This document shows positions 24,707 to 36,215 of a stretch of DNA of 64,000 nt, piece after piece; the first letter of the stretch is position 1, and every line of letters begins with the position of its first letter. Position numbers and translations under genes: made by a program. The DNA comes from Saprolegnia diclina VS20 (lineage: Eukaryota): positions 439,672 to 503,671 of the forward strand of contig NW_008246080.1 in assembly GCF_000281045.1 (NCBI RefSeq), read 5' to 3'. Under the pieces are notes generated by a model. The model had not been told where the DNA came from. It did no database searches and saw only the letters and a list, made by a program, of their open reading frames with translations.

Positions 24707-25627
24707 GTGCAGCAGCACCGACGTCGACTACTTTATCTCGTGCACGAAAAGCGTCGTCGAGGTGGGCACCACCGACCGCATCACATCTTGTTGTGGCTGC
24801 AACTGCTTGTGGTCGGCCTTGCGCTCGGGAAGACGGCACTCGTCTTGCGTGTCCACGGCTGCATCGTCTGGGTCGGTCGCCAGCTGCTCGTTCTGCGGTC
24901 GCTCACGGCCATGGCCGTGCTCTGCACCGGGTCCCTGGACCTCCAAGTGGCGGGCAGTATGAGCTACCTTCACTCGACCGATGTACCCTGGTACAAGACG
25001 TGTCTGGCGGCCAGCGAAGTGTCGTGGCTAGTCGCCATCGTCAACGACGTCTTGATGATCTGGACCAAAGAACACACAGCGCTGTACGTGACACCCAACG
25101 GGCGTCTCGTGACCGGCACGACCGCACTCCTAAGTATGGTGTCGCCCGTGACGCACACCGCGCCGCTCGGCCATGCGTGTGACATCGCGCAAGTCGACTT
25201 TCAAATCGTGTGCACGGGCGGCGACGTCGTCATTGGCGTCAGAAGCCGCGTCGCCCTACTCGTGTTGTTGGTCGGCGTCTTGAACGTCGCAACGTTTGGC
25301 TTTATGCGCTGGCTCGTGCGCAAGCCGCCAAAGAACCACGCCGAGTCGCTCCTGCTCTACGCCGGCGCCAAGTACCTTTTTCTGAGCGCCAAGTGGATTT
25401 ACAAGGACGTATACTACCTCGACCGCGCGTCCGCCGCCCTCAACGGACTCGTCTCGGTGCGCTACAACGGGAGCTATTACGGCCTCGACATCAAGACGTG
25501 GCGAACGTTTACGCTCACGCAACCGAGCGTGCCAGAGATACCGTCGGCACACGCTTTGTTTACGCCGGCGATGCATGCACTGCCGCTGGCGTGCTTGTTG
25601 GACCTCAGCGAAGCGAAGAGGCTATAA
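24707..25627 (+). pseudogene. Inverted, 5'-truncated and internally deleted copy of the 15915-21356 membrane protein gene
   Basis: 24707-24865 matches the reverse complement of ~19119-18963, with a 1-nt deletion. 24861-25589 matches the reverse complement of 16738-16010 (729 bp, same length, scattered substitutions). Confidence 0.9.
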
Positions 25628-26032
25628 TGACGAGCCGAACTGCCACGGTAAGGCTAAAGTCGCACCCGACGTGCACGCCGTCTTCGTTGGCAGCCCCACC
25701 ACCTGTGGCCTGCTGCAAGTTGAGTAAGCTGGTGCCTCTCCAAGGGTCATTTGCGGTGCGAGGGTCCGGGCCATCCTCGTTACTAGTAGGCTCATCATAA
25801 GATCTAAGGTTGTCATGCGTCAAAGTTGCTGTAAAGGAGAGTGATCTGCCGCGCTGCGTTGAAAGCGCTGGTCGTGTATCATCATCGCGCACTGGACGAT
25901 GCTGTAGCAATCTTCCAGCGATGTTGAAGCTGCGGCGTTTCGCCCAATGGCTTTGCTTTCTATCCGGATGTCCGGATACGAAGCAAATCTTGGCTGTTGT
26001 GTCAACAGGCAACTCGCCAATTTTCCTCCTCG

Positions 26033-27019
26033 ATGCACGCGATCACCCGCCGCCTCTCGCCGCTTGCCGCCCGCCCGCTCCGCCGCTGGCGCAGCGACGC
26101 GTCCAACATCTCGCTTCTGCGCGAGTGGATCCAGCCGACGGCGTCGGTGACCAAGCTCCAAGACCTCTCGTTCGAGACGCTTGCGATCACGTCGTCCCTC
26201 GATGGCGCCGCGACCAGCGGCAACGCCGGTGTCCAGGACGGCGTCTTGAACGTCCGGCTGCATCGCCCAAAGAAGCTCAACGCGTTCGACATGCAGATGT
26301 GGAACGAACTCGATGTGCTTTTCCAGGCCATCGAGCACACGCCCGAGGTGCGCGCGGTGGTCATTCGCGGCGAGGGCCGTGGCTTCTCGTCGGGCATGGA
26401 CCTCGGCGTCTTTGCGGCCATGCAAGAGCTCATCACGTCTTTCGAATGCGAAGGCCGGAAGCGCGAAGCGCTTCTCGGTGTCATTGCGCGCTTTCAGCGC
26501 ATCATCTCGGCCCCTGAGCGCTGCCGCGTGCCGGTCATTGCCGCCGTCCACGGTAGCTGCATTGGCGGTGCCGTTGACTTTGTCACGGCCTGCGATATCC
26601 GCCTCTGCGATACGAGCGCCGAGTTTAGCGTCAAGGAGGTCGACCTCGCGATCGTGGCCGACGTCGGCACGCTCCAGCGTCTGCCGAACCTTGTCGGCGA
26701 GCAGCGAGCCAAGGAGCTCGCGTACACAGGTCGTAGCTTCTTTGGCGACGAGGCCGAGTCCATGGGCCTTGTCCTCAAGAGCCACGCAGATGTGAACGAC
26801 CTCTTTGAGCATGCGACCGCACTCGCCTCGACGATTGCGGCCAAGAGCCCGCTTACGATCCGCGGTGTGAAGAAGGTCGTCCAGTACCAGCGCGACCACT
26901 CGACGCAAGACTCGCTCGACCAAGTCCAACTTTGGAACTCGGCGATGCTGTACAGCGCCGACTTGGCCGAAGCCATGACGGCGATGGCGACGCGCAAGCC
27001 GCCTGTCTTTAAAGATTAG
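26033..27019 (+). CDS. ECH1: Delta(3,5)-Delta(2,4)-dienoyl-CoA isomerase (crotonase superfamily, ECH1-like)
   Basis: FSSGMDL, PVIAAVHGSCIGGAVD..TACDIR and FSVKEVDLAIVADVGTLQRLP motifs. Arg-rich N-terminus suggests a mitochondrial presequence. Confidence 0.88.
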   Translation: MHAITRRLSPLAARPLRRWRSDASNISLLREWIQPTASVTKLQDLSFETLAITSSLDGAATSGNAGVQDGVLNVRLHRPKKLNAFDMQMWNELDVLFQAIEHTPEVRAVVIRGEGRGFSSGMDLGVFAAMQELITSFECEGRKREALLGVIARFQRIISAPERCRVPVIAAVHGSCIGGAVDFVTACDIRLCDTSAEFSVKEVDLAIVADVGTLQRLPNLVGEQRAKELAYTGRSFFGDEAESMGLVLKSHADVNDLFEHATALASTIAAKSPLTIRGVKKVVQYQRDHSTQDSLDQVQLWNSAMLYSADLAEAMTAMATRKPPVFKD

Positions 27020-27091
27020 GTCATCTCGCCCGTCGTTTTGGAAATATCGTAAATAAGACAACTTGTCATTGTGTGCGTTACCACAACTACA

Positions 27092-28331
27092 TCACGGCGT
27101 GGTGACGAGAATGCACGACGGGCTCTCGAGGCACGTCGACTCGACCGAGAAGCGGCGTTGAAGACTCACTAGGGGGTGACAACATCAGAAAGAGCATCGA
27201 TACATCGAGAATGGACAGGTTGTCGATACCTTTGTGATCGCGGAATGCCTTGATAAACCAAGCGCTCACTGCTAGCATGAGCACTGAGACGACGAGAAGG
27301 AGCGTCACCGCCCACGACGGGGCTCGGTTGTCTAGAGTCAGATTGAGCAAGTGAAGGGCAACGACGCAACCACATACCCGAGGCCGACGCTGAAGTTGTC
27401 GCTGTAGCACCAAGTGGCTGCATTCGGACGCTACCCGGCGGACAGTGCATGGTGACGGACCGACCGGCAATCGAGAACGTGATCGGAACATGCTGGAAAA
27501 ATGGAAGTCCCAAGATCCACTCGGTGCCATCGCCGGCGCTCAAGAGCAGTCGTCGCCCGGCGTCCAAGTACAACTCTGGTGTTAGAAGGAACGTGGTTGA
27601 TGCGTTGCCCAGTGTAAAGCGCAGGGTCGGCAAGGCGACAGTGGTCGGACACACATAGAAACCGTCAATGATAGCGCACGCTGTGAGATACCGCGCCGCC
27701 ATCTAAGCACTGGTTGAGCCATCGAGAGGTGTAGAAGTGGCGTACGTACGGTGAGCAAGAGGCTTTTTGGCATTTGAATGGTGGGGTGTGTCGCGTTGAG
27801 TGCTACGGGACAGAGGGCGTTGGCGCAGGCGGGCGCGGGTGCACCAACTTCGAACGAAAGACTCGACATGGCGACTGTCCACGTCGGCGTCGGCAGCAAA
27901 AGAAGCGGCAGCGAGACAGGCGTCAAGGCCGCTTGCGTATGGTAGATGTCGTCGAGACCGTTGAACACGATCGCGCTGTGTGTCGGGGCAAGGTACACGG
28001 TAAACGTGTCGACGCCGACGAGCCCGGACGTGTTGGCGATCGGGCGACCGAGGCCGAGACGACCGTCCGTGCCAAAGGATGTTGTAGTAGCTACGACACT
28101 GCCGTTGTCGATAACGAGAGCGCTCGACGCCGCGACGCCGGGAACGGTGATGGACATTGTCGTAGTGTCGGGCGAAACGGCGTACACCGTATCGTTGACA
28201 GTGACGTTGCCAGTATATTGCCAATCGAGGCCATGCGGCGTCATCACCAACGGCAAGCGCACCACAGAGCTGGCGAGAGACGTGGTTGCCATGAGCACAG
28301 CGACCACGGCCGCACACTGTCGGGTGATCAT
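27092..28331 (-). CDS. Membrane-anchored pepsin-fold (A1) protein with degenerate catalytic motifs, multi-exon
   Basis: Signal peptide, QYTGNVTV..VSPDTTT, DGRLGLG, LPTLRFTLG and WILGLPFF motifs, plus a C-terminal TM exon (WAVTLLLVVSVLMLAVSAWFI). Confidence 0.7.
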
Positions 28332-28342
28332 GGGAAAGCGGT

Positions 28343-28358
28343 GAAATGGAAAATGCGC
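28343..28358 (-). promoter_or_regulatory. Oomycete INR+FPR core promoter-like motif
   Basis: gcgcattttccatttc lies just upstream of ATG 28331 and resembles the GCYCATTYYNCAWTTT consensus. Confidence 0.55.
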
Positions 28359-28792
28359 CTTGTTACTGTCACATTGCTACAGGCTGCCCACGACACGATG
28401 AATACCCAATCCTCTACGACGGGGCCCGGCCTGTCCCAAGATGCAAAAGTGCGTGAGGCACGCGAGCCATCCACTGCGCAAGCATTGCCCACGTGGCACG
28501 CCCAGCTGCGATTACCGTCGCGGCACAGAATGGCCCAGGAACGTTCTCGCATGACATCTCGCGACGAGACCGATGCGGCAAGGGCCTCCATGGTGTTCAC
28601 GCACAGATCGACGTTGGACGACGAGGGTAGCAAGCTCTTCTTGCGCCCATGTCCCTGCTATAGCGGGCAATTGCTCGGTGGTGCGTGCGTCGAGAACGTT
28701 GCTGGAACGTGCGGCGACAGGACGTTACCAAAATGACCCACCACCTGTCCACCTCAAGTCAGCCACATCGGCAGCTTTTGCAGGTCTCGTGG

Positions 28793-30008
28793 CAAGGTTG
28801 GCAAAATAACGGTTATTTGATTTTTCGTTACGTTATAACGGTTCCTAACCAGGTTAGTAACAGTTAGTACCAATTGGGTAACACATGGACTAAGCTAGTC
28901 CATGAACTGTTCTGATTGGCTGAGACGAACAGCGTCGCTTTGATTGGCCACGTCTCCAGCCAGCTCGTGCTGCCCTTTGTACCGGTACCAAGTTCTGGTG
29001 GTGCATGCGCCATGACCAAGCGGAGGCACGATAACTGGCGGTACTTCGAGAAGCAGCACGACTTGCTGCGCAACCACCAGTGGTGGAAGATGTGGTGCAA
29101 GGCATGTATTGAAGCCTACCAGAACATGGGCCTGGATGGGAACGGCGCCGTGTCGGAGCCCGAAACGCTTGAATCCCGGCCGGCGAAGATGACCAAGCAC
29201 GTCGAGGAGTGCCGTCACATCGCTGCCCAGCTCGATCGACAACGTGTACGACAAGAAGAGCGCGCGGACGCCGAGCAGACCGCGCGAGAAGAGCACGAAC
29301 AGCCTCGTACCTCGATTCACACGTTGAGCATGTTGCAGCGGCGCCCATCAAAACCCGTCCGCTAGTCGACTCCAAGAATTCGCCTTACTTTGACTGCGAT
29401 CTCTCTCGGCATGAAGTCGAAACCTTCCACCGCCTGCTCCTTGATGTCCTCTGGAATTTCGGACGAGCTCGACGCCATGGGGATGACCGAGTCCGAAGAC
29501 CCAGTGATTGAGCAAGGCGCAGACGCCATTGCGTTCTGGTCTGAGATCCTCGCTTTGCTGGGACTGGACGACTCGGCGTTATCACCTACTCATGCCATGG
29601 CCGACCTCGTCGAGACTCAAGAGCTCGTCGCCCTTGGGCCCCGCCCGTCTTTGGCGCCTCCAACTCTACCTGCAAGCCCCTTGCCACCGCTCTCGGACAC
29701 CAACGTCGCGTCGTACCCGCAATACGCCCTTTCTGCGGACCCTACTGCGCGGTCGACTAAGGTTACCCTGGCAGCACTTTTTGGCAATGGCATCGTGCTT
29801 CCGGCTTTGTACAAGGCGATTTATAGCACATATGCGCGTATATGACTGCGGTGTTGATGTGGGAGCACGTATGGGCTAGGTACGCCGCGCGCCTGCTATG
29901 GGTTATGGCCTGTTACGTTATAGGATTTCGAGGCATTAACATAACAGTGTTAGTAACAGGTTAGTAACGTAACGTTATTGCGTTATAACGGTTAGGTCCG
30001 CATCCTTG
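28793..30008 (+). mobile_element. Non-autonomous hAT-like DNA transposon (~1.2 kb) with BED-finger transposase remnant
   Basis: Imperfect TIRs CAAGGTTG.../...CATCCTTG, flanking direct repeat ctcgtgg (28786-28792 and 30009-30015) and TAAC/GTTA-rich subterminal arrays at both ends. An internal ORF from 29012 has W.YF...WCKAC...KH..EC.H. Confidence 0.8.
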
Positions 30009-30553
30009 CTCGTGGGTCTTGGGACGCGTCGTGGCAAATGCAAGAATGAAGCACACGCGTCAGCATTGCAAGTGACCGAGACGGGGCACGGGCAACTGCG
30101 AACCCCGTGCCACCACCTCCTCCATGGCACTTTGGTTCCTGTTTGTCCCATCCTCATAGCGACCAAGGTGACCTCTTCGCCGGCGATAGAGGTACCGGTA
30201 TGCATCGAGGTTCTGTGGCATTCTTTGTGTGCGTGATCGATTACCTAGACATGGTTGTGGTGCGTAATACTAGCAGTGCATAAAACGCAAGATGTATGCG
30301 GTGGTGCCTCCGTGACGTGCACGACTCGCGTTGCGTGTCTGACTCGACTGCAGGATGCTCCATCTTTGCAGCTTTACTAGCGCCACGCTTGACGTTATGA
30401 GCTGACGTCGTCGTGGTGCACGTGGCAGCTGATGTGAGCACGCGCTTCCCGCCATGGAGACGCTTTTGAAATATGGCTTCAATCCTGCGGTAGCAGATGT
30501 TCCTTTTTCGTGTGTATTCTTTTTTTTTTGCATTTTCTTTTATTGTCAGTAGA

Positions 30554-32666
30554 TTAGCTCTTCTTGGCCAGCATCCCCATGGCCTGGAGCTTCTCAATGT
30601 GTCCTTGGAGAAGCGCGGCAGCGGGAGCGTCCCAGTACGTCCATCCGCTCCGCCCGAGTGCATCGGTCGTCGCGAGGTCGGCACCGTACTCCAATAGGAG
30701 CTTCCCGCACCCGACGTTGCCGTGGACGGCCGCGCAATGCAGGGCCGTCCATTTACTCCGGTCGATCGCGTCAATCTCGGCGCCGCCAAGCAGCAGAAAA
30801 CTCACCTACAAAAAAGGATAGTAAGCGAGCCGATCTACTCGGCAGTTGGATGAGACCGCGCCTTCCATGCCGCGGGAGGCTGCCCAGTGGAGCGCGGTGC
30901 GCCCCTCCTTGCTCTTGTGGTTGACGTTCGCACCGAGCTCTACTCGAATGGTTTAGTGTTGTCCGTCAACGACCAAGTACCGAGAAGTCGAGAGATGACA
31001 GTGATGTGCCCGTTGGCCGCCGCACACATGAGCGGTGTCCAGCCGGCCACGTCGACAGCGTCCACGTGAAGGGCGGGGGCGGCGTCAACGAGGGCATGAA
31101 TCGCCTTGAGCGCGCCGTGTTCTGCTGCATAATGCAGAGCCGTCCACCCCGCACCGTCTTTGGCGTTGACGTCGCAGCCGTTGAGCGCCAGCTCGCGGAG
31201 GCGCGGGAGGAGCCCTCGACCTGCGACCGTGCGGAGTTCCTCCCCAAATTTGAACGCTGGCGTGTACACGGTGGTAAAGTAGTTGAGGAAGGCTTCATGG
31301 GAGACGCCGTCGCGGGTGATGGTGGGCGGAATGACGGGCGCGACCTCGCCCTTCTTGTGCACGGGAGGAGCCGCGGCCGCGGGGTTGGGCTCCTCGATGG
31401 GTGTGCACTGCAGCCCCGACGTTCGAAGTGCGTCGACACTTGTACGAATCGAGAGCTCTTTTAGCGCCGCGACCACGGTCTCGAGCGTCAAGAGTCCGTC
31501 CCTAGGTGCAGAAAGGCCGTTATTCATCGCCGAGACGGGTTCGAACCCGGACTTTGGGTCGTGGCGGGCAAATGCCTCCGAGGCTTTTGCAAAGTCGAGC
31601 TCGCGAAGCTCACTGATGCGCGCCATGGTGACTTTAACAGGTCCGTCAATGACGCCGCCGTTGCTGACCAGCGTCGTGACACGGGCGATGGCCTCGGGGC
31701 GCTCGCCAACAGGGTTGTGCACTTGGTGCACGAGGAGCTTGATCGTGCTCTGCATCGGGATCAAACCGTCGAGTAGACGCATCTCGAGTGCTTGCTGGTC
31801 CTTGTGCCACGTGGCGGTGACGGCGACAGGGCCCAACACATGCAAGGACGTCGGTGGTCGCACGTCGAGCGAAATCTTTGGCGTCGCGTCCATGTCCCAG
31901 CCGCCGTCATGGGCGAGTTCGACAAGAATTTTTCCTATGGCACGACATTAGCCGAGTGCACAAACATAGTCGCAGAAAGTAGTACCGCCGGCGGGAATCG
32001 AACCCGTGACTTTCAAGTCGAGCGATACGTCTGCGACGGCATTCGGACAGCAATTGAGTGGCATCCAACGGCGCTCGCCCGCGATCAACCCTACAAGCAC
32101 ACACGTCTCGGCGTCGTTTTCAACAGAAGAGGCCTAGATGTACCGGGGACGAGCGACGGTATCGTCATGCGCGTTGGACCGTCAATCACGTGGCCGCCGC
32201 GAGTCGAGGGCGGCACCGTGTTGCGAGCGACCTTCTTCTCGAACGTCGTCGCGACGAGCTCCCCGCTTGGCGTTGCGCACGCCGGTGTCGCGACACCGGC
32301 CACGGTCAGCGTGATCATGGCACCGGCCTCGATGTCTTCGTCGAGGGTCGTGACGTCGAGCGTGTGGGTGGCGCGGTGCCACACCGCCTTGGCGCGCGGC
32401 GACGGACGCCCCGCGGACGCGGCAACCACGACAAGCGGCACATCGGGAAAGCCCCAGCCCGTGTCTGGAAACACAAACACGAGCTTGCTCTCTTTGGGGA
32501 GGTTGCCAGAGGTCGAGAACGTCACCGAGGCCGCGCCGAGCGTTCCGGGCGAGTGGAGCTCGGCCTGCCACACACGAGGCCCGTGGAGCGTTCCGGGCAC
32601 GACGACGCGGTGGCGCTGCGCGAGCTTGAGGTGCGCGCCGCGTTCGAGCTCGTCGTCGTCGGCCAT
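30554..32666 (-). CDS. Ankyrin-repeat protein with repeated beta-rich N-terminal region and a degenerate EF-hand-like segment, multi-exon
   Basis: C-terminal ankyrin repeats (GWTALHYAA, GWTPLMCAA, KWTALHCAA). An N-terminal motif (GGHVIDGP / GGVIDGP) occurs twice. Confidence 0.8.
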
Positions 32667-33441
32667 GCCACCGACTTATAATCGAGTTGGCTATTGTAAT
32701 CTATTCTTGGCGCGCGTCTTTTGCATTCGAGGTGGTGAACCCTAATCTCGTTTGTATGGTTATCGACCTCGATGAATGACTCCAAGTAGCCGATTCGCTC
32801 GCGTTACGTCGGCCGAATGCTACATGGACATACTTGGTACGCCGCAACCATCTCGCCGAGGTACCCCTGCCAAGTCCATGGACAATTGCCGTCAAGGCGG
32901 CGCGAGTCGCTCACATGCACTTGCACCATGGCCTCGTTCAAAAGCCGGGGCAGATGGCTCTCCGTCGCCTTCTCCGGCTCCACGCTCAACACGAGTGGCA
33001 CCTTGCCCCGCGAATCGCGCTCCTGCCTCCGCCGGCCTAGATCAAGATCAACGCCAGCGCCAACACAACGAAGAAAGGCCGACAATTATATTTAGAGTAG
33101 ATTTACGTATCGATTTTAATAGTCGACCCACTTCAACAACCATCTCGCTGAGGAAACCAGCATGAGGACGAGCGATTCGGGCGTCGAAAAATCCCCAGTT
33201 CATCAAGATCATGCGGGGCTCAACTGATGATGGAAAACAAAGGAACGCGTGCGAGGACCGGCGTCCTTCTTGTCATGGCTGTCGTCAAGGGGACTGCGTT
33301 GGCCTCCGCAACGGAGATAACGCACTGATGAGGGACGCACGCTGGTGGCCGGGTCATTGTCGTAGCCATTTGTGGTTTATCATGCACGGAGCAAGACCCT
33401 ATATTCCTACAAATGCATCTTCTATTTACACCAAGTCGCTT

Positions 33442-33825
33442 CTACTTGGTGGCGTCGCGGGCGGCGTCGATCACGACGCGCGTAAAGCCAAACGCGGCGA
33501 CCGACACGAGCACAAGACCAAATCGAGACGCGGCGTACGGCCCCGACGTCCGCGCAAAGTCCTTGAAGTTCCAGTCGTTGACGTTGGCCGGCGCAGAGAA
33601 CGTCGTCCATTTCGCATACGTGGCATTCGAAGCGAGGGCGCGGGCCGTCGCGTTGTACGTGGCGACGGACGCGACCGCGCCGCCAAGCACACCGAGGCCC
33701 GTCATCGGCGGCGACGCTTTGGCGCCCACGACCGTCGTCGCGACAAACTCGCCCGTGTGGTAGGTAGCGTACGCTGCGACGCTGCCGCCGATAGCGCCGC
33801 CTGCAATGATCACCGGGAGCACCAT
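33442..33825 (-). CDS. Small hydrophobic, Gly/Ala-rich hypothetical membrane protein
   Basis: Intronless ORF starting MVLPVIIAGG, with strong codon bias and an INR-like tcattttccagttg upstream. Confidence 0.75.
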   Translation of the reverse strand: MVLPVIIAGGAIGGSVAAYATYHTGEFVATTVVGAKASPPMTGLGVLGGAVASVATYNATARALASNATYAKWTTFSAPANVNDWNFKDFARTSGPYAASRFGLVLVSVAAFGFTRVVIDAARDATK

Positions 33826-34094
33826 GGTTGTGTCTTCTTGCGCGGTCAACTGGAAAATGAAAATGATCCCAGTCTGCAGCGTCGTCTGAGCGATGTTTCG
33901 GCTCAGAATGACCTGTCGCGTATGGCATACAAATTCCAAGTCTACCAAGAGCGTCCGTGATATCTGTGGCGATTGCGTCATCGGACCCAACGGTGTTGAT
34001 GCAAAGCCAACGCCTTGCGCCAACGAGGGTGGACTCAGTTGAGTTGACGAGTTGTGGTAGTTGGTAAATAAATAGTATTACACAAAAGACACGC

Positions 34095-34802
34095 TTAGAC
34101 CGTCGCGACGCGGTGGGTCGCACGCTGGGACCGCCGCAGCACTTGGACCTGCGTGGACGCGCGTTCGAGCCGGTTCTCCATGCACCCAAGCTCCTGGTCG
34201 AGACCGATGACGATATCGTCCGAGCTCTCGACCTTGGCGAGTGCAATTTGGAGAAGGTACTGCGCCTGCTCGAGCTGCTCGTCTTGCTTGAGCACAAGCA
34301 CCCGAAGCTTCTCGATCGTCTCGATGAGCTCGCTGACAGTCGGGTCGCGCGCCCCCGTGGCTTTGGCCAGCGCTTCGTCGGTGTCGCGGAGGTCGGCCGT
34401 GAGGCGCACCGTCTTGCCCTTCAGATACGCGCGGAAGCGGTCGAGATCAGAAATCTGGCGCGGCTCGTCCGACTCGTTGTGCTTGGCGAAGAGCTGCGAG
34501 AGGACATTGCTCTTGCGTTTCTTCTTGACGTCGCTCGCGCGCGGCGAGCCGGCCGCGTACGTTTCCAAGTAGCGCTCGATTTCGCTGTTGACGTGCAGAT
34601 CGTAGGCCAAATGGAGGCGCTCGACCTTGAGCCGTGCCTCGGCTTCGATCGCTGCCGTCCGCCGCTTGACTTCGCGCTCAATGTACGCTTCGATGTCGGT
34701 CTTGGCCTCGTGCGCGGCCTGGGCCTTCTGGCGCTGGCGCTGCTGGCGGAGCTTCCGCGGCAGCTTGTGCGTCGTCGTGATCCCAACCGAAGGCGGCAGC
34801 AT
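34095..34802 (-). CDS. Coiled-coil hypothetical protein
   Basis: ~235-aa ORF with heptad-rich segments and coding-type bias. Confidence 0.75.
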   Translation of the reverse strand: MLPPSVGITTTHKLPRKLRQQRQRQKAQAAHEAKTDIEAYIEREVKRRTAAIEAEARLKVERLHLAYDLHVNSEIERYLETYAAGSPRASDVKKKRKSNVLSQLFAKHNESDEPRQISDLDRFRAYLKGKTVRLTADLRDTDEALAKATGARDPTVSELIETIEKLRVLVLKQDEQLEQAQYLLQIALAKVESSDDIVIGLDQELGCMENRLERASTQVQVLRRSQRATHRVATV

Positions 34803-35018
34803 CACTGCGGAAAAAGCAAACTGGTGAAACGCGCCACTTCAGCGCGTTTGTGGCAGACGGTTATTTAAATGCATCAGAAAATAGATAGGCTAGAAACACC
34901 CAACGGTCAACCCACTCTATGCGGTGCACGCGAGCGAGCGCGAGACGGTGAGAACATACCCTCGCAGGGCAAGCCGACGCATGACCAATGGTCTCATCAA
35001 TGGCACTTGCACTCTGTT

Positions 35019-35963
35019 GGCGACGACTGATCGCTACGATGTATCAGATACAAATAGCAAGGATCTTCAAGACGAGGGCGCTTCGTGGCTGTGAGTAAGC
35101 TACTTGACTCTTCTTGCTCCAACGCCAAGCAAGATCTCGGAGCACGAGGCAATGGAGGACCTGAGAAATAGGTACACAACGGCACCTACCATGCTGGGCT
35201 CGACTACTCGACCTTTACAGTGCATTGCTGTCGGGAGTAGAATCGCCCCGAGGTCACTCACGACCTACATGTACACGTCATGGATCCCGCGTGTACCCAA
35301 CTTTCGCGTCAAGAACCGCAAGGAGACATCGCCTCATTCCAGCGGCATCTCTCTCCCTCAGCGTGAGGGAGAGAGAGCGTAGCTGGTGACGGCAACTTGC
35401 GTGCGTTTAGACTCGCGAGGTGCGAATGGGGTGGCTATCTTTTTTATTGTACACTCCGAGATGGCAGCACCACGTGGTGCGAGAGAGCCGTCGAGTTGGA
35501 ATGACCCGCGACAGCTCGCTCCGTAATGAGATGTAAAATTTTAGGCAAGGAGAGACAGCACTCATTGACGCTAGGACGTCCTACGCGATGTACACTAGGT
35601 GCAGCTCGTTTTGGGTATAGCTCCCGCGGCGCCTTTCCCTGCAGCTAATTTGACCCAAACGAACGGTCGCAGACCGCCACGTCATTGTCGACCAAGGCTC
35701 GAGGCTTGGTTGATGCGGAGGAGGATGATGTGGATCATGCACACAGCTTGGTCCAAGCGTCTGAACATCTCGACATGGATGCTCCGCGACGGAAGAGGAC
35801 GTACTCGATCGCCAGCGTGACGCACGCTGTCCTGCCGGACAATTATGGCAGCAGTTACGGACCTTGTCCGTGGCTCCGTGTGTGCCCAAAGCCACTCGGG
35901 TCAACGGCACTAGTATGTTCTTGCGATTACCGACTCTTTCAGGTACTGAGCATTGAGTACTGA
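35019..35963 (+). CDS. Possible multi-exon hypothetical gene (boundaries uncertain)
   Basis: Exon-like pieces (KISEHEAMEDLRN; STKARGLVDAEEDDVDHAHS) flanked by gtgagt/gtacac donors and cag acceptors. Confidence 0.25.
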
Positions 35964-36215
35964 GTATATACTCTTGAGCTTGGTTCGGACGCGCAGGTCC
36001 TTCGCAGCTTCCTTCGTGCTGCACATGCGGCGTGTCAAGCTGGCGCGTAATGGGAACGGTAGTGGCATATGCCGAAATTGACTATTAAAAGAGGCATATG
36101 CCGCCCACATAGCCGTTACGGGGTCCGGATAAAAATCCTGCCAAACGATTGGCCGAAATCGCTGCAATTGATTGGCAGCCCACAAACGCGTTTTATAAAT
36201 TCCGCACCACGAAGC

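Noticed and set aside
32700..33350. Possible small minus-strand spliced gene
   Set aside because: Exon-like fragments are present, but start and stop could not be resolved.
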